Source: Octopus sinensis
Taxonomy: Eukaryota
Reading direction: 5' to 3'
NCBI RefSeq assembly: GCF_006345805.1
Contig: NC_043023.1
Location: forward strand, 5,766,001-5,830,000
DNA length: 64,000 nt
Numbering within the stretch: position 1 is the first letter of the stretch; every line of letters starts with the position of its first letter. A model generated the notes under the pieces. It was not told the origin of the DNA. It worked only from the letters and a program-made list of their open reading frames with translations, and did no database searches. A program made the translations under genes and the position numbers. Below are positions 40,946 to 54,764 of this stretch, piece after piece.

Positions 40946-41986
40946 ATATGAAACAGGTTTCTTTCAGCTACCTTCTAACCAAATCCATTCATAAGGCTTT
41001 GGTTGGTCCAAAGCTATAGTAAAAGACATTTGCCCAAACTGCCATCGTGTAGTGGAACTGAACCTGGGACCATGTGGTTGGGAAGCAAGCTTCTTACCAC
41101 GACAGGCTTCTTTCAGTTTCCATCTACCAAATCCACTCGCAAGGCTTTGATCAGCCTGGGGCAGCAGCAGCAGCAGAAGACCCTCACACAGTGGGATTGA
41201 ACCCAGAAGCATCTGGTTGAGAAGCAAACTTCTTACCACACCTGAGCCATGCACTATATTAAATATTTGCAACAGATCTTTCTGGTCACCTGTTGACTAA
41301 TGAAATCAACAACACCACCACCACCACTAATATTACAACCGCCACTACCATTATAACAAATACTACCACCACCTCCACCACTTATTACTACTGCAGGCGC
41401 CATTACCACTATTGTCACTGCTACTGCTGCTGAGGCTGCTACTGCTGTTATCGTCATTTCCTAGTTTTCTTTAATACTTTGAATATCACTTAAGCAGGTC
41501 ATGTCAGGCAGGTAAGTAATTTAGGCCACGTATTTTCGTTAATGACCGCCGCCATTTTAGCAATATTTAATATTTATTTTATCCTCACCTAATAATTTTC
41601 ACCTTTTGCTTGTGTCTATGTATATAAATATATATCAATATATATATATAAAATATATACCTACACATACACACCTGTGTGTGTTCCTATGTAATGAGTT
41701 TTGGCTGGGACTTTTTACCTGATGGCCTTTTCCTTCGATGAATCATAAAATTACTTTGAAATAACTAACAGTCATCTGCACCCAAGATTAACAATACATA
41801 GTGATAACTTTAAACAGTGAAAAATAATTTATATGTATGTATGTATGTGTTTAGTTTTGTCTGGGATTTCGAAGTTTTACCTGAATCCTTATTCAAGTCC
41901 CTTTCCGCCAATAAATCACAAATTCTTTAAACTACGTCCTCCATCTAAATATATACTTGATATATATATGTATATATATAGATATG

Positions 41987-42077
<91 letters not shown>

Positions 42078-42221
42078 GTATATATATATGTATATATATA
42101 TATATATATGTTATATATATATATCTATATATAGAATACGTACACCCGATTTTTAGGGGTTAGGGGTTTTGTTACGCCGAAAACGGGTGGTGTACGTATT
42201 CCTTACCTCCGCCATATATAT

Positions 42222-42290
<69 letters not shown>

Positions 42291-42611
42291 TATGTATGTA
42301 TAGTGTTTATAGTTTGGTAAGCTTTCCGAAGGACACACCTGTTACTATATAATATGTTAAGTGTACGTGTTTTGTGTATTACCAGCAATAACTTACCTGT
42401 TTTGTTTGTATAGAGAGATCTATATACCTGCCTACCTACCTACATACATGTATGTAGTGGTCATAGTTTGGTTTCCTTTCCGAAGGACACACCTATTGCT
42501 ATATAATTTGTAAGGTGTATTTGTTTTATATATTACTAACAATAACGTACCTGTATTTATAACCTATATATATATATATTTACGTTTTGCTTGTATATAG
42601 ATTTCTCTCTT

Positions 42612-42646
<35 letters not shown>

Positions 42647-43721
42647 GTTGTGTTTACAGTTTGAATTCTTTTTCTAATTATACACCTGTAGCTATATAAT
42701 CTGTAGATAAATGTGTGAAGCGAATACTTGTGCGTGTGAATAATTTCATGTGTTACTATAACGTATCAGTATATATAACCTATATATTTACGTTTTATTT
42801 ATGAGTGTGTGTGTATATATATAATACATATATATATATATATATTATATATATATATATATACTATATATATATATATATGTGTGTGTTGTTTTATGTA
42901 ATGTATACGTCGCAGGAGTGGGTGTGTGGTAAGTAGCTTGCTTACGAACCACATGGTCCCGGGTTCTGTCCCACATCATGGCACCTTGGGCAAGTGACCA
43001 AAGCCTTGTGAGTGGATTTGGTAGACAGAAACTGGAAGAAGCTCGTCGTATATATATTATATATAATATATATTATATATATATATATATATATAGTATG
43101 TTGTCTGTTTGTCCCCCCCTCATCGCTTGACAACCGATGCTGGTGTGTTTACGTCTGCGAAAGGAACCGATAGAATAAGTACAAGGCTTACAAAGAGTAA
43201 GTCCTGGGGTCGATTTGTTCGACTAAAAGTGGTGCTCCAGCATGGCCGCAATCAAATGACTGAAACAAATAAAAGAATAATATATATATTTCTCCATCGA
43301 CTGGATCCTTTTAACAGATCAACGTGGTCCGTTGATCTGTTAAAAGGAGCACCTGAATCGCCTTAACTCCTTCAAACGACTAGTGTCTGGTGTTGCTTGC
43401 ACGTAAGAATAAACAGAGATGGTCATGACAGGAATACGTTTGATCACAGGCCTCTTCCATGTTGACTGATCTGGCGCTAAACGACGATAACAATTTATCG
43501 CGTGTCTTTGGGTTTTTGCTCAGGACCTCACGTATCTCGGGGCTAAATTCTGATCTATATGTGCCTGTGTTTCTCAACCGTTTTTTACCCACGGACCCCT
43601 TTGGCTCTTATTTTACGGGGATGGGTGGGGTTCCTATTATAATAATCCTATTATATTTTTATAATTGAATATTAGGAATTGTATTTTTAAAATTGTCAAG
43701 ATATTTTATGTATTGTAGAAG

Positions 43722-44103
43722 TAGGATCTTTACCTTTTGACCGACAGATTTAAAAAATAATTTTTTGTAACTAAACACTTTCAAACTTCGGACACTGGTA
43801 GAATGTGTCACATAAAACATCTTTTACTCATAGCGTTGTTGAGAAAATTCTGTATTTTCGAAGTTATTTCTTGTTAAAGTTGTCGTATTTCGGTAATTTC
43901 AACCAATCAATGACGTGTATAAAATTACTGAATAAAATTACTGCTGTTGTTTATCAACAACAACTTCCAAAATACAGAATTTTCTCAAAAACGTCAAGAG
44001 TAAAATATGTTTTATATGACACATTCTACCAGTACACGAAGTTTGAAAGTGTTTAGTTACAAAAAATAATTTTTTTAAATCTGTCGGTCAGGTAAAGATC
44101 CTA
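43722..44103. mobile_element. Tc1/mariner-type MITE with about 140-bp TIRs and TA ends; partial copies at about 30351-30530 and 59660-59840
   Basis: Ends are TAGGATCTTTACC...GGTAAAGATCCTA, with long complementary arms (taactaaacactttcaaacttcg / cgaagtttgaaagtgtttagtta). Confidence 0.88.
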
Positions 44104-44530
44104 GAAGTAAAACCATTTTATTGTTGATAAATTTTAACAATATCTTATATGGGCCCCAGTTGAAAACCACTGATGTATGCCTTAGCAGCGGAATTCTTTT
44201 TAAGCACTCCATATAAACCCTCATAACTTTTTTATTTCTTGGAATTTTCAGGAAAGTTTTGTAAATTTGTGTTCTTCTACACATTGGAATTCATACGATT
44301 ATAAAAAGGTTTTTTTTAAATATTTTTTAAGCTACTCTCCACATCCCACAAATACTAGAGGTTCCCCTTTTACGAATTTTTTAAAATCAGAGTTTAAAAT
44401 TTATACAGTCCAATTTTTTTGCTTAAATCCCAGCAATGGATCACCCTTGGACTAAGCAAAACCCGTGTTTTACTTCCGCATCATCATTCCATAAAACGGG
44501 AAAAAATATTAAAAAACAGCAATATAGGTA

Positions 44531-44932
44531 CAGGAATGGCTGTGTGGTAAGTAGCTTGCTTCCCAACCACACGGTTCCGGGTTCAGTCCCACTGCGTGGC
44601 ACCTTGGGCAAGTATCTTCTACTATAGCCTCGGGCTGACCAAAGCCTTTTAAGTGGATTTGGTAGACGGAAACTGAAAGAAGCCCGTCGTATATATGTAT
44701 ATATGTGTGTATGTTTGTGTGTCTGTGTTTGCCCCCCACCCCCCACCAAACATCGCTTGACAACCGATGCTGGTGTGTTTACGTCCCCGTAACTTAGCTG
44801 TTCGGCAAAAGAGACCGATAGAATAAGTACTAGGCTTACAAAGAATAAGTCCTGGGGTCGATTTGCTCGGCTTAAAAGGCTGTGCTCCAGCATGGCCACA
44901 GCCAAATGACTGAAACAAGTAAAAGAGAAAGA
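44531..44932 (+). mobile_element. SINE family A
   Basis: Full copy. Confidence 0.9.
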
Positions 44933-45547
44933 GTATATATCAGACTGACAAATATATGAAGGTAAAATTTTTTTTTCCCGTAATCATATGAATTCCCATG
45001 TGGAGAACACAATTTTTCAAAAATTTTCTGAAAATTTCAAAAAATAAAAAGGGCTATAAGGGGTTTTATGGGATGCTTAAACCAGAATTCCACCACTGTG
45101 GCTTGCTGTCAATAGATAATACTATAGGGTCCAGTGTACTGATTTGTTTAGGGGTCTGTAATATTAAGATGGCACTGGCTGTGTGTTCCATTAGTCTGGC
45201 TTAGAGTTATACCATCAGAGCGGTTCCTATACATGTAAAAATGTGGTAACATATATCTACACCTTTTTACCCTTGTGTAACCCTTAAAATAAATTACATG
45301 TCTCAAGGAACCCCTGCACAATGAATATTATATACCATATCTTATATTTTTTCATCGTAGTTCATATGGTAAGCACTTGAAGAATTGGATACAATTGTAA
45401 CATCTCGGTCGAAGATATATTCCATATAATGTATGTGTGAGTACACACACACATGTACATATACATACATATATAAGTACTTATACACACGTGTGTGAAT
45501 ATATATATATATGTGCACACACACACATATATATATATATGCACATA

Positions 45548-46152
45548 TGAAAAAGTTCGTTATAGGTATAAAGATACCATAAACAATTATAAAAATGGAG
45601 AAAAGTTGTTAAAAATTCAAAATTAGATTTAATAAGTACATACAAACGTTTCAAAGGACAATACAAATGTGTAAGAAAAAATAATAATAATAATTAATGT
45701 TATGTATTATCATTTTTGACAGTGTGAAGAGTTGAAGGAAAAAAACATGCAAGAAAGTTATTACTAAAAGTCAAGAAGGAAAAGTAAATTGGGTAATAAG
45801 GAAAATTTAACCGGATATTTACAAATAAGTTGTAAAAGAGAAAAGTTAAGAGAAATGAAAAAGAGGGACTTGCATACACATCGACAATTCCCTGTTTTTA
45901 GTTACCCCATTTATTTTTCGTTCTTGATTTTTAGTAATAACTTTCTTGCATGTTTTTTCCCTTCAACTCTTCACACTGATGAGAATGACAATACATAACT
46001 TTAATTATAGTTATTATTATTATAACTTTTTCTTACGTATTGCCCTTTGAAACGTTTGTATGTACTTATTAAATCTAATTTTGATTTTTAACAACTTTTC
46101 TCCATTTTCATAATTGTTTATGGTATCTTTATATCTATAATGAACTTTTTCA
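45548..46152. repeat. Inverted repeat with about 245-bp arms
   Basis: 45548-45795 versus about 45900-46152. Homologous pieces lie at 35200-35400 and 37090-37610. Confidence 0.88.
45972..46064 (+). ncRNA. Hammerhead ribozyme motif with a long stem II
   Basis: ACA-CTGATGA-GAATGACAATAC[loop]GTATTGCCCTTT-GAAA-CGTTTG-TA^TGT; stem II pairs at 10 of 12 positions. Confidence 0.5.
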
Positions 46153-46814
46153 ATTGTTATTTTCATATTCTTATTGCTTGCTCTAGCAGGATATTTCTGA
46201 ACATGATGAATTTTTATTAGAAATTATTTTCTCTCTTTTTGGATTTCTCAAAAAGTTTAAACTGTTCTACTTGAACTTATATTTTTCTCATACATGCACA
46301 TATGTTGAGTCAAGTAAAACCAAAATCACAACTGTGGCCAGTGCCCCCTGACTGACCCCCTTCCGGTGGCACGTAAAAGGCATCATCCGAATGTGATTGA
46401 TACCAGTGTCCCCTGAATGGCTTCCTGTACCAGTGGCATGTATAAAAGCACCATCCAAATGTGGTCAATCCCAGTTTTACCTAACTGGCCCTTGTGCCGG
46501 TGTCACGTAAAAGGCACCATCCGAATGTGGCTGATGCCAGTACCCCCTGACTGGCTCACATGTCGGTGGCACATAAAAAGCACTATCTGAACGTGATCGA
46601 TGCTGAGCCCACCGGACTGGCTCCTGTGCCACATAAAAAAAACCCACTACACTTGGCGTTAGGAAGGGCATCCAGCTGTAGAAACACTGCCAGATTGTTT
46701 TGACAACCTTAGTCAAACCATCCAACCCATGCTATCATGGAAAACACGTTAACCAATGAGGATGATAATATACATTTATATAAATATATATAGATTGGTA
46801 TGTATATGTATGTA

Positions 46815-46880
<66 letters not shown>

Positions 46881-46881
<1 letters not shown>

Positions 46882-47280
46882 TCTTTTACTTGTTTTCAGT
46901 CATGTGACTGTGGCCATGCTGGAGCACCACCTTTAGTCGAGCAAATCGACCCCAGGACTTATTCTTTGTAAGCCTAGTACTTATTCTATCGGTCTCTTTT
47001 GCCGAACCGCTAAGTGACGGGGACATAAACACACCAGCATCGGTTGTCAAGCAATGCTAGGGGGACAAACACAGACACACAGTCATACACACACACACAC
47101 GCACGTATATATATGTATATATACAACGGGCTTCTTTCAGTTTCCATCTACCAAATCCATTCACAAGGCTTTGGTCGGCCTGAGGCTATAGTAGAAGACA
47201 CTTGCCCAAGGTGCCATGTAGTGGGATTGAACCCCGGAACTATGTGGTTCGTAAGCAAGCTACTTACCACACAGCCACTT
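46881..47280 (-). mobile_element. SINE family A
   Basis: Full copy, reverse orientation. Confidence 0.9.
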
Positions 47281-47656
47281 CTACATTTGTAAAAGATATC
47301 ACTAGGCCACAGGAATAGGCAGGATGTTCATGCAGGGACCACAACAGATGCCTGTGGGAGGCCACTGTGAAACCAAAGGGGTTGTCTATGAAGCCAAAGT
47401 ACTAGCAAACCTTGGCAATACCACCAGTAGAAGCAATAGCCCTACAGTCTCATCAAAGGATGGACACATTGAACAATGTAGTCGATGAGATGGTCATGTT
47501 TGGAACATCTTTGATTACAAGTATTGCTGGCTCAGGTCTGATAGGGGGTTTAACACCAACTAAGATAACAAACCTTTGTAACCCTTATTTTCTCTCTCTT
47601 TTCCAGACATAACACAATAAATCTACTACGAAACAGTTAATCCAGCTAAACACACT

Positions 47657-47717
47657 ATGAAGATTTCACCAGTATCTATCTTCATCCTTGTTGCTGTAGC
47701 TGGGTCAGTCTATTCAG
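47657..47717 (+). CDS. Nrg: Neuroglian/L1CAM-like gene, first coding exon (signal peptide); the exon starts at the acceptor at 47607 with 50 nt of 5'UTR
   Basis: A polypyrimidine tract and ttccag precede 47607. ATG at 47657 reads MKISPVSIFILVAVAGSVYS (hydrophobic signal peptide), followed by the donor CAG|GTAAGT, phase 1. Confidence 0.88.
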
Positions 47718-47745
47718 GTAAGTTAAATTCTTTTATATGTCAATA

Positions 47746-48138
47746 TCTCTATATCTATAAACGGCAAAATATCTGTGTATCAGTGTGTCCTTTATACAAA
47801 TCCAGTTTTTCACGTAAAAGGCTCGTATTTTCTATGGGCTTTCAAAACTGTCTGAGGGTGGTCGTGAATATCTTTTCATTTCCCCAGTCACCCCAGAAAG
47901 CCTTTAAAAAAATCGATAAATATGCCCATAAATTATGGGCATATGGGCATTGCCAAAGTCCAATGAATATTGATTACTCTCATGTAAAGCTCCAATTAGC
48001 TCATAAGCAACAAAACTGGTCCGGGCTGAAATGTGATAAGAAACTTAGCTCTTGATTTAGTGAGAAACTTTTACTGCGACCCGGCAATGAACAACAAGCA
48101 CTAGCACCAGACCTGGCAACGCTGGGTCTTAGTGCTAG
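47746..48138 (+). mobile_element. Non-autonomous Helitron-like element about 30 bp downstream of the signal-peptide exon donor
   Basis: Starts tctctatatctataaacggc; ends cctggcaacgctggg...gtgCTAG followed by T. Confidence 0.7.
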
Positions 48139-48449
48139 TTTATTATATTCCTGTCTGTTTGTCTCTCTCTCTCTCCATCTTTTTTTCTTCTTTTACTTGT
48201 TTCGGTCATGAGACTGCAGCCATGCTGGGGTACCACTTTGAAGAATGTGTAGTCAAATGAATCAGTGTCAGTACTTGTCTTTAAAGCCTGGTTCTTATTC
48301 TATCAATTCTTTGCTGAACTGCTAAGTTATGGTAACTGGTTGTCAAGTTGTGATGGGAGACAAACACAGACTGAAAGACACACAGTCATAATATGTGTGT
48401 TTGTGTATGTATATATATATATATAGATATATATATATATATATATATA

Positions 48450-48481
<32 letters not shown>

Positions 48482-48590
48482 GCACATACACACACATATA
48501 TTTATGAGTGTGTGTATATGTATGTATGTATGTATATATATGTATCTATGTGTGTGTGTGTATAAATATATATATAATATATATATTATA

Positions 48591-48840
48591 TAATTTACAA
48601 GATAAGGGCAAAAGAAAAATTCCAATGCCAAATATGCCGAAAAAAAGACAAAAATGTCAATAACCATTATAATTTATGCGTCTCGAAACAAACCGATAGA
48701 AATTTCTAAAAAATCCGTTATTACTGATTTCTATCGGTTTGTTTCGAGACGCATAAATTATAATGGTTATTGACAATTTTTGTCTTTTTTTCGGCATATC
48801 TGGCATTGGAATTTTTCTTTTGCTCTTATCTTGTAAATTA
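48591..48840. repeat. Inverted repeat with about 113-bp arms and a 23-bp spacer
   Basis: 48591-48703 versus 48727-48840. The right arm continues into a repeat homologous to about 10480-10640. Confidence 0.92.
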
Positions 48841-48924
48841 TTTATAAATTTAACCTTTAAAGGTATTTTTTGATATGCTGGCCATTGATAAAATTTTTTT
48901 CCTGAAAAAAATTTTATCCTACAT

Positions 48925-48985
<61 letters not shown>

Positions 48986-49633
48986 AAACAGGCTTCTTTC
49001 AGTTGCTGTTTGCCAAATCCACTGACAAGGCTTTGGTTGGCCTGAAGCTATTGTAGAAGACACTTGTCCAAGGTGCTGTGCAGTGGGACTGAACCCATGA
49101 CCATATGGTTGGGAAACAAGCTTTGTACCACACACACATGCGCATGGGTGTGCAAGGAGTTTCAACTTACCAAATCTGCTCACAAAGCCTTGTGATTGAA
49201 TTTGGTCTGCGGAAGCTTCAAGAAGCCTTTTGTGTGTGTGTATGTCTTTGTATAAATGTATTTGTCCCTACCACGGCTTGACAACCAGAGTTGGTGTGTT
49301 TGCATTCCTATAACTTAGATGTTTGGCAAAATAAATTGATAGAATGAATACCAGGCTTTAAAAAAAGAATTAAGTCCTGGGGTAGATTCATACAGCTAAA
49401 CATTCTTCAAAGCAGTGCCCCAGCATGGCCACAGTCTAATGACTGGAACCAGATAAAAGATATCTATGTATATAATGTATGTGTGTATATATATGTATGT
49501 ATGTATATATATCTCTTTACTACCCACAAGGGGCTTCTATGTATCCCAACCAGTAAGAATAATGTGTCAGACAGACACACATTCTCAGTTTTATATATGT
49601 ATGTATAAACATAGTGATGCTATTCTATTTCAG

Positions 49634-49739
49634 TTACCCAACCCCCTTTGATGACAGTTTACCCACCCACCTTGGTACCATTTAAGGATTCAGAGACTGT
49701 GCAGCTTCTGTGTCGGGCCACTGGCGAACCACAGCCTAC
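49634..49739 (+). CDS. Nrg: Neuroglian-like exon, Ig1 N-terminal half
   Basis: Acceptor tttcag; reads VTQPPLMTVYPPTLVPFKDSETVQLLCRATGEPQPT (Ig C-x-A-x-G-x-P-x-P motif); donor AC|GTAAGT, phase 2; in frame with both neighbouring exons. Confidence 0.9.
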
Positions 49740-49924
49740 GTAAGTATTGCTGTTTTTTGTGTTGTACATGTAGAGTTTTGATCCTTCTGGTTGCTTGAGG
49801 CCCAGACCTTTGGTTTTAGATAAATAGTGCTTTTCGTGGTAGGGGTGATGCTTCAGCAGAGATTATGGAAAAGAATTATAAAAATTCTTTAACATAGGGT
49901 GCAGGCATTACTGTGTGATAAGAA

Positions 49925-50895
49925 GGCAGTGAGCTGGCAGAATCGTTAGCACGCCGGGCGAAATGCTTAGCGTATTTCGTCTGCCGTTACGTTCTGAGTT
50001 CAAATTCCGCCGAGGTCGACTTTGCCTTTCATCCTTTCGGGGTCGATTAAATAAGTACTAGTTACGCACTGGGGTCGATGTAATCGACTTAATCCCTTTG
50101 TCTGTCCTTGTTTGTCTCCTCTGTGTTTAGCCCCTTGTAGGTAGTAAAGAAATAGGCATTTTGTCTGCCGTTATGTTCTGAGTTCAAATTCCCCCGAGGT
50201 CGACTTTGCCTTTCATCCTTTCGGGGTCGATTAAATAAGTACTAGTTACGCACTGGGGTCGATGTAATCGACTTAATCCCTTTGTCTGTCCTTGTTTGTC
50301 TCCTCTGTGTTTAGCCCCTTGTAGGTAGTAAAGAAATAGGCATTTTGTCTGCCGTTATGTTCTGAGTTCAAATTCCCCCGAGGTTGACTTTGCTTTTCAT
50401 CCTTTCGGGGTCGATTAAATAAGTACCAGTTACGCACTGGGGTCGATGTAATCGACTTAATCCCTTTGTCTGTCCTTGTTTGTCTCCTCTGTGTTTAGCC
50501 CCTTGTAGGTAGTAAAGAAATAGGCATTTTGTCTGCCGTTATGTTCTGAGTTCAAATTCCCCCGAGGTTGACTTTGCTTTTCATCCTTTCGGGGTCGATT
50601 AAATAAGTACCAGTTACGCACTGGGGTCGATGTAATCGACTTAATCCCTTTGTCTGTCCTTGTTTGTCTCCTCTGTGTTTAGCCCCTTGTAGGTAGTAAA
50701 GAAATAGGCATTTTGTCTGCCGTCACGTTCTGAAGTTCAAATTGCCACGAGGTCGATGTCGACTTTTCATCCTTTCGGGGTCGATTAAAAAGTACGCACT
50801 AGTTAACACTGGGGGTTGATGTAATCGACTTAATCCCTTTGTCTGTCCTTGTTTGTCCCCTCTGTGTTTAGCCCCTTGTGGGTAGTAAAGAAATA
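49925..50895 (+). repeat. SINE family B pentamer (184-bp period), followed by an inverted B copy at 50935-51163
   Basis: The junction ggcattttgtctgccg recurs at 50156, 50340, 50524 and 50708. Confidence 0.92.
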
Positions 50896-51410
50896 TATAT
50901 ATGTCACTGCATGACAACTCTCAAGAACATATGTTTCTTTACTACCCACAAGGGGCTAAACATAGAGGGGACAAACAAAGACAGACAAACGGATTAAGTC
51001 GATTACATCGACCCCAGTGCCTAACTGGCACTTAATTTATCGACCCCGAAAGGATGAAAGGCAAAGTTGACCTCGGCGAAATTTGAACTCAGAACGCAAC
51101 GACGGACTCAATACTGCTAAGCATTTCGCCCGGTGTGCTAACGTTTCTGCCAGCTCGCCGCCTTAAAGAACATATCAGTGTACTCTACATGTTTGTGGAA
51201 CATCACTGAGACAAGTACGGAACTTTATCTGCAGGCCATATTCACAAGTGATGGTGTGCAGAAGATGACTGTTACATACTAGAATTACAGGTGCTGACAC
51301 AGTAATGCACCAGTTGCAGCATCTGATCTTCAGAAGAGGAGAGGTCAGTAAAAATGCCAAACTTAGTATCTTCACTTAGGTTTCTTTGCCAATCCTTACC
51401 TATTCTTTTA

Positions 51411-51614
51411 TTCTTTTACTTGTTTCAGTCATTTGGCTGCGGCCATGCTGGAGCACCGCCTTTAGTCGAGCAAATCGACCCCAGGACTTATTCTTTGTAA
51501 GCCCAGCACTTATTCTATTGGTCTCTTTTGCCGAATCGCTAAGTGATGGTGACGTAAACACACCAGCATCGGTTGTCAAGCAATGCTAGGGGAACAAACA
51601 CAGACACACACACA

Positions 51615-51667
<53 letters not shown>

Positions 51668-51826
51668 CGACAGGCTTCTTTCAGTTTTCGTCTACCAAAT
51701 CCACTCACAAGGCATTGGTCGGCCTGGGGCTATAGCAGAAGACACTTGCCCAAGATGCCACGCAGTGGGACTGAACCCGGAACCATGTGGTTGGTTAGCA
51801 AGCTACTTACCACACAGCCACTCCTG
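51411..51826 (-). mobile_element. SINE family A (intronic)
   Basis: Full copy, reverse orientation. Confidence 0.9.
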
Positions 51827-53086
51827 ATTTTTCTGGATGAATTTATGAATTTTCTGAAGCGTTAAATTATATTTTTTAAAATTCTGCAGCACACCTCTAG
51901 AAAGTGATCCACAAACAAGGCTAGGGGTATCATGTAGCACCCACCAAGAGTTGGGGTTCCTCTTGGAAATTTTGAAGGGAGACGTAAGAGTAGGCCAAGA
52001 ATGAAATGGTTGGATAATATCCATAGGTATTAAGGTTGTTTCTACAAATATCACTCTTTACTCTTTTACTTGTTTCAGTCATTTGACTGTGGCCATGCTG
52101 GAGCACCACCTTGAGTCAAAGAAATCAACTCCAAGACTTATTCTATCGGTCTCTTTTGCTGAACCGCTACGTGATGGGGACGTAAACACACCAGCATCAG
52201 TTGTCAAGCGATGTTGGGGAGAAAAACACAAACGCACAACCATATACACACACAAGACATGTTGGGGCAAGCGAAATCGAAATCGAATTGAACCAGCCAG
52301 GATCCCTGGTCTGGTGGTACGTAAAAAGCACTATCCGACTCGTGGCCGATGCCAGCACCGCCTCGACTGGCTTCCGTGCCGGTGGCACATAAAATACACC
52401 AATCCGACCATGGCTGTTGCCAGTCTCGCCTGGCACCTGTGCAGGTGGCACGTAAAAAGCACCCACTACACTCACGGAGTGGTTGGCGTTAGGAAGGGCA
52501 TCCAGCTGTAGAAACATTGCCAGATAAGACTGGAGCCTGGTGCAGCCTTCTGGCTTCCCAGATCCCCGGTCGAACCGTCCAACCCATTCTAGCATGGAGA
52601 ACGGACGTTCTTCAACGATGATGATGATGATGATGATATACACACACACACACATATATATATGATGGGCTTCTTTCAGTTTCCATCTACCAAATCCACT
52701 GACAAGGCTTTGGTCAACTTGAGGCTGTAGTAGAAGACACTTGCCCAAGGTGCCACACAGTGGGACTGAACCCGGAACCATGTGGTTGGTAAGCAAGCTA
52801 CTTACCACGCAGCCACTCCTGCGCCTATTCTATTAATATTCTATAGAAACTATTTTTGCACTGTTTTTTGCTGTTTTATATGAAGATGTCAGATGTAAAG
52901 AAGCAATGAGATCGGAGACAAAGGTGGATAATGAGTGTATATGCCGTATTTTGGGGATTATTGCCCCCTTCATCGGCTCTCATCTAGCCCCCCTATTGCC
53001 TCTGAACACACTGTATGCTGGGGTGTTTAGCTATTGGATTCAAAAATCAAATTCGATGGCTGGCATCTGTTCTAGCCGGGTGCAAA

Positions 53087-53475
53087 GGCGCAGGAGTGGC
53101 TGTGTGGTAAGTAGCTTGCTAACCAACCACATGGTTCCGGGTTCAGTCCCACTGCGTGGCATCTTGGGCAAGTGTCTTCTGCTATAGCCCCGGGCCGACC
53201 AATGCCTTGTGAGTGGACTTGGTAGACGGAAACTGAAAGAAGCCTGTCATATATATGTATATGTATGTATGTGTTTGTGTGTCTGTGTTTGTCCCTCTAG
53301 TATTGCTTGACAGCCGATGCTGGTGTGTTTACGTCCCCGTAACTTAGCGGTTCGGCAAAAGAGACCGATAGAATTAGTACTGGGCTTACAAAGAATAAGT
53401 CCCGGGGTCGATTTGCTCAACTAAAAGGCGGTGCTCCAGCATGGCCACAGTCAAAATGACTGAAACAAGTAAAAA
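53087..53475 (+). mobile_element. SINE family A (intronic)
   Basis: Full copy, inverted relative to 51411-51826. Confidence 0.9.
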
Positions 53476-54764
53476 AAAATTTTTGAAATATGAGTGTGAT
53501 CATTGACAGAGGAGCTAACTGACTTCTTTGCCAGTGGCACTTAAAAGGCACCATTCAAGCATGATCGTTACCAGTGTCGCACTACTGCCAGCTCGACACT
53601 TTTACTCTTCCTATTACTCTCATATCTCTCTAGCACTTTTTCTCCCTCCCCTCCATGCTCTTTTTTTCCATTCTCTCTTCATCTCTCATTCTCTTTTACT
53701 CTCATCTTTCTCCATCTTGTCCTCTTCTTTCTCTCCATTTTTCTTTCTCATACTTTACTAACTGCTTCACAACACAACACACACACACACACACACACAA
53801 TATCCCTGGTCTTTCTTCCACTTCTCTCAAACCACACCCATTACTACTACAAACTCCACCCATCTAACACCTGTGGACATATTTACAAAGTCAGAAAACA
53901 GCACAGCTCCCATGTCTTCAGGAAACATTTTTCACGCTGAGAGCTGCTGAAGCATGAACAACTCCATCAGTTGGTCTGCATCCTTCAAATCCATGTCTGA
54001 GATCGCCAAAACACTGCATCCTACTGACTCCATGCTTTCCCAGTACATTACTGATATCGACAACACCTGAGCACTGACATATTAAACCTGTCAACCACAA
54101 AATCAAACAGCACAGCTCCCATGTTGAAAATTTTTTCCGCTGAGAGTTGCTGAAGCAGAACAAACTGCTGGCATCAGTTGTTAGTTGTCGGAGCACTGCA
54201 TCCTTCAAACTTCCATGCTTTCTGAGATTCGCCAACACTACACCTGATTTTCACCCTTCCATACAAACACAAGCATGTATTTGACTCATGCATTGTTCGC
54301 TTTCCAGACATTTGTACATTACTGCATATACTCTGACAAGTTGTGGTGCACCTGAGCACTGTATACAATAATTTCATTATATCCGAATCGTGGCCGATGC
54401 CAGCGCCGCCTCGACTGGCTTCCGTGCCAGTGGCACGTAAAAAGCACCATCCGAATCGTGGACGATGCCAGTGCCGCCTCGACTGGCTTCCGTGCCGGTG
54501 GCATGTAAATTGCACCAATCCAACCGTGGCCGTTGCCAGCCTTGCCTGGCACCTGTGCAGGTGGCACGTAAAAAGCACCCACTACACTCATGGAGTGGTT
54601 GGTGTTAGGAAGGGCATCCAGCTGTAGAACCACTGCCAGATAAGACTGGAGCCTGGTGCAGCCTTCTGGCTTCCCAAATCCCCGGTCAAACCATCCAACC
54701 CATGCTAGCATGGAGAATGGATGTTAAACGATGATGATGATGATTTTATATTTTTTTACATCCT

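Noticed and set aside
47657-48055. 132-aa single-exon ORF
   Set aside because: Only the first 20 codons are exonic. The rest reads through the GTAAGT donor into a Helitron-like element.
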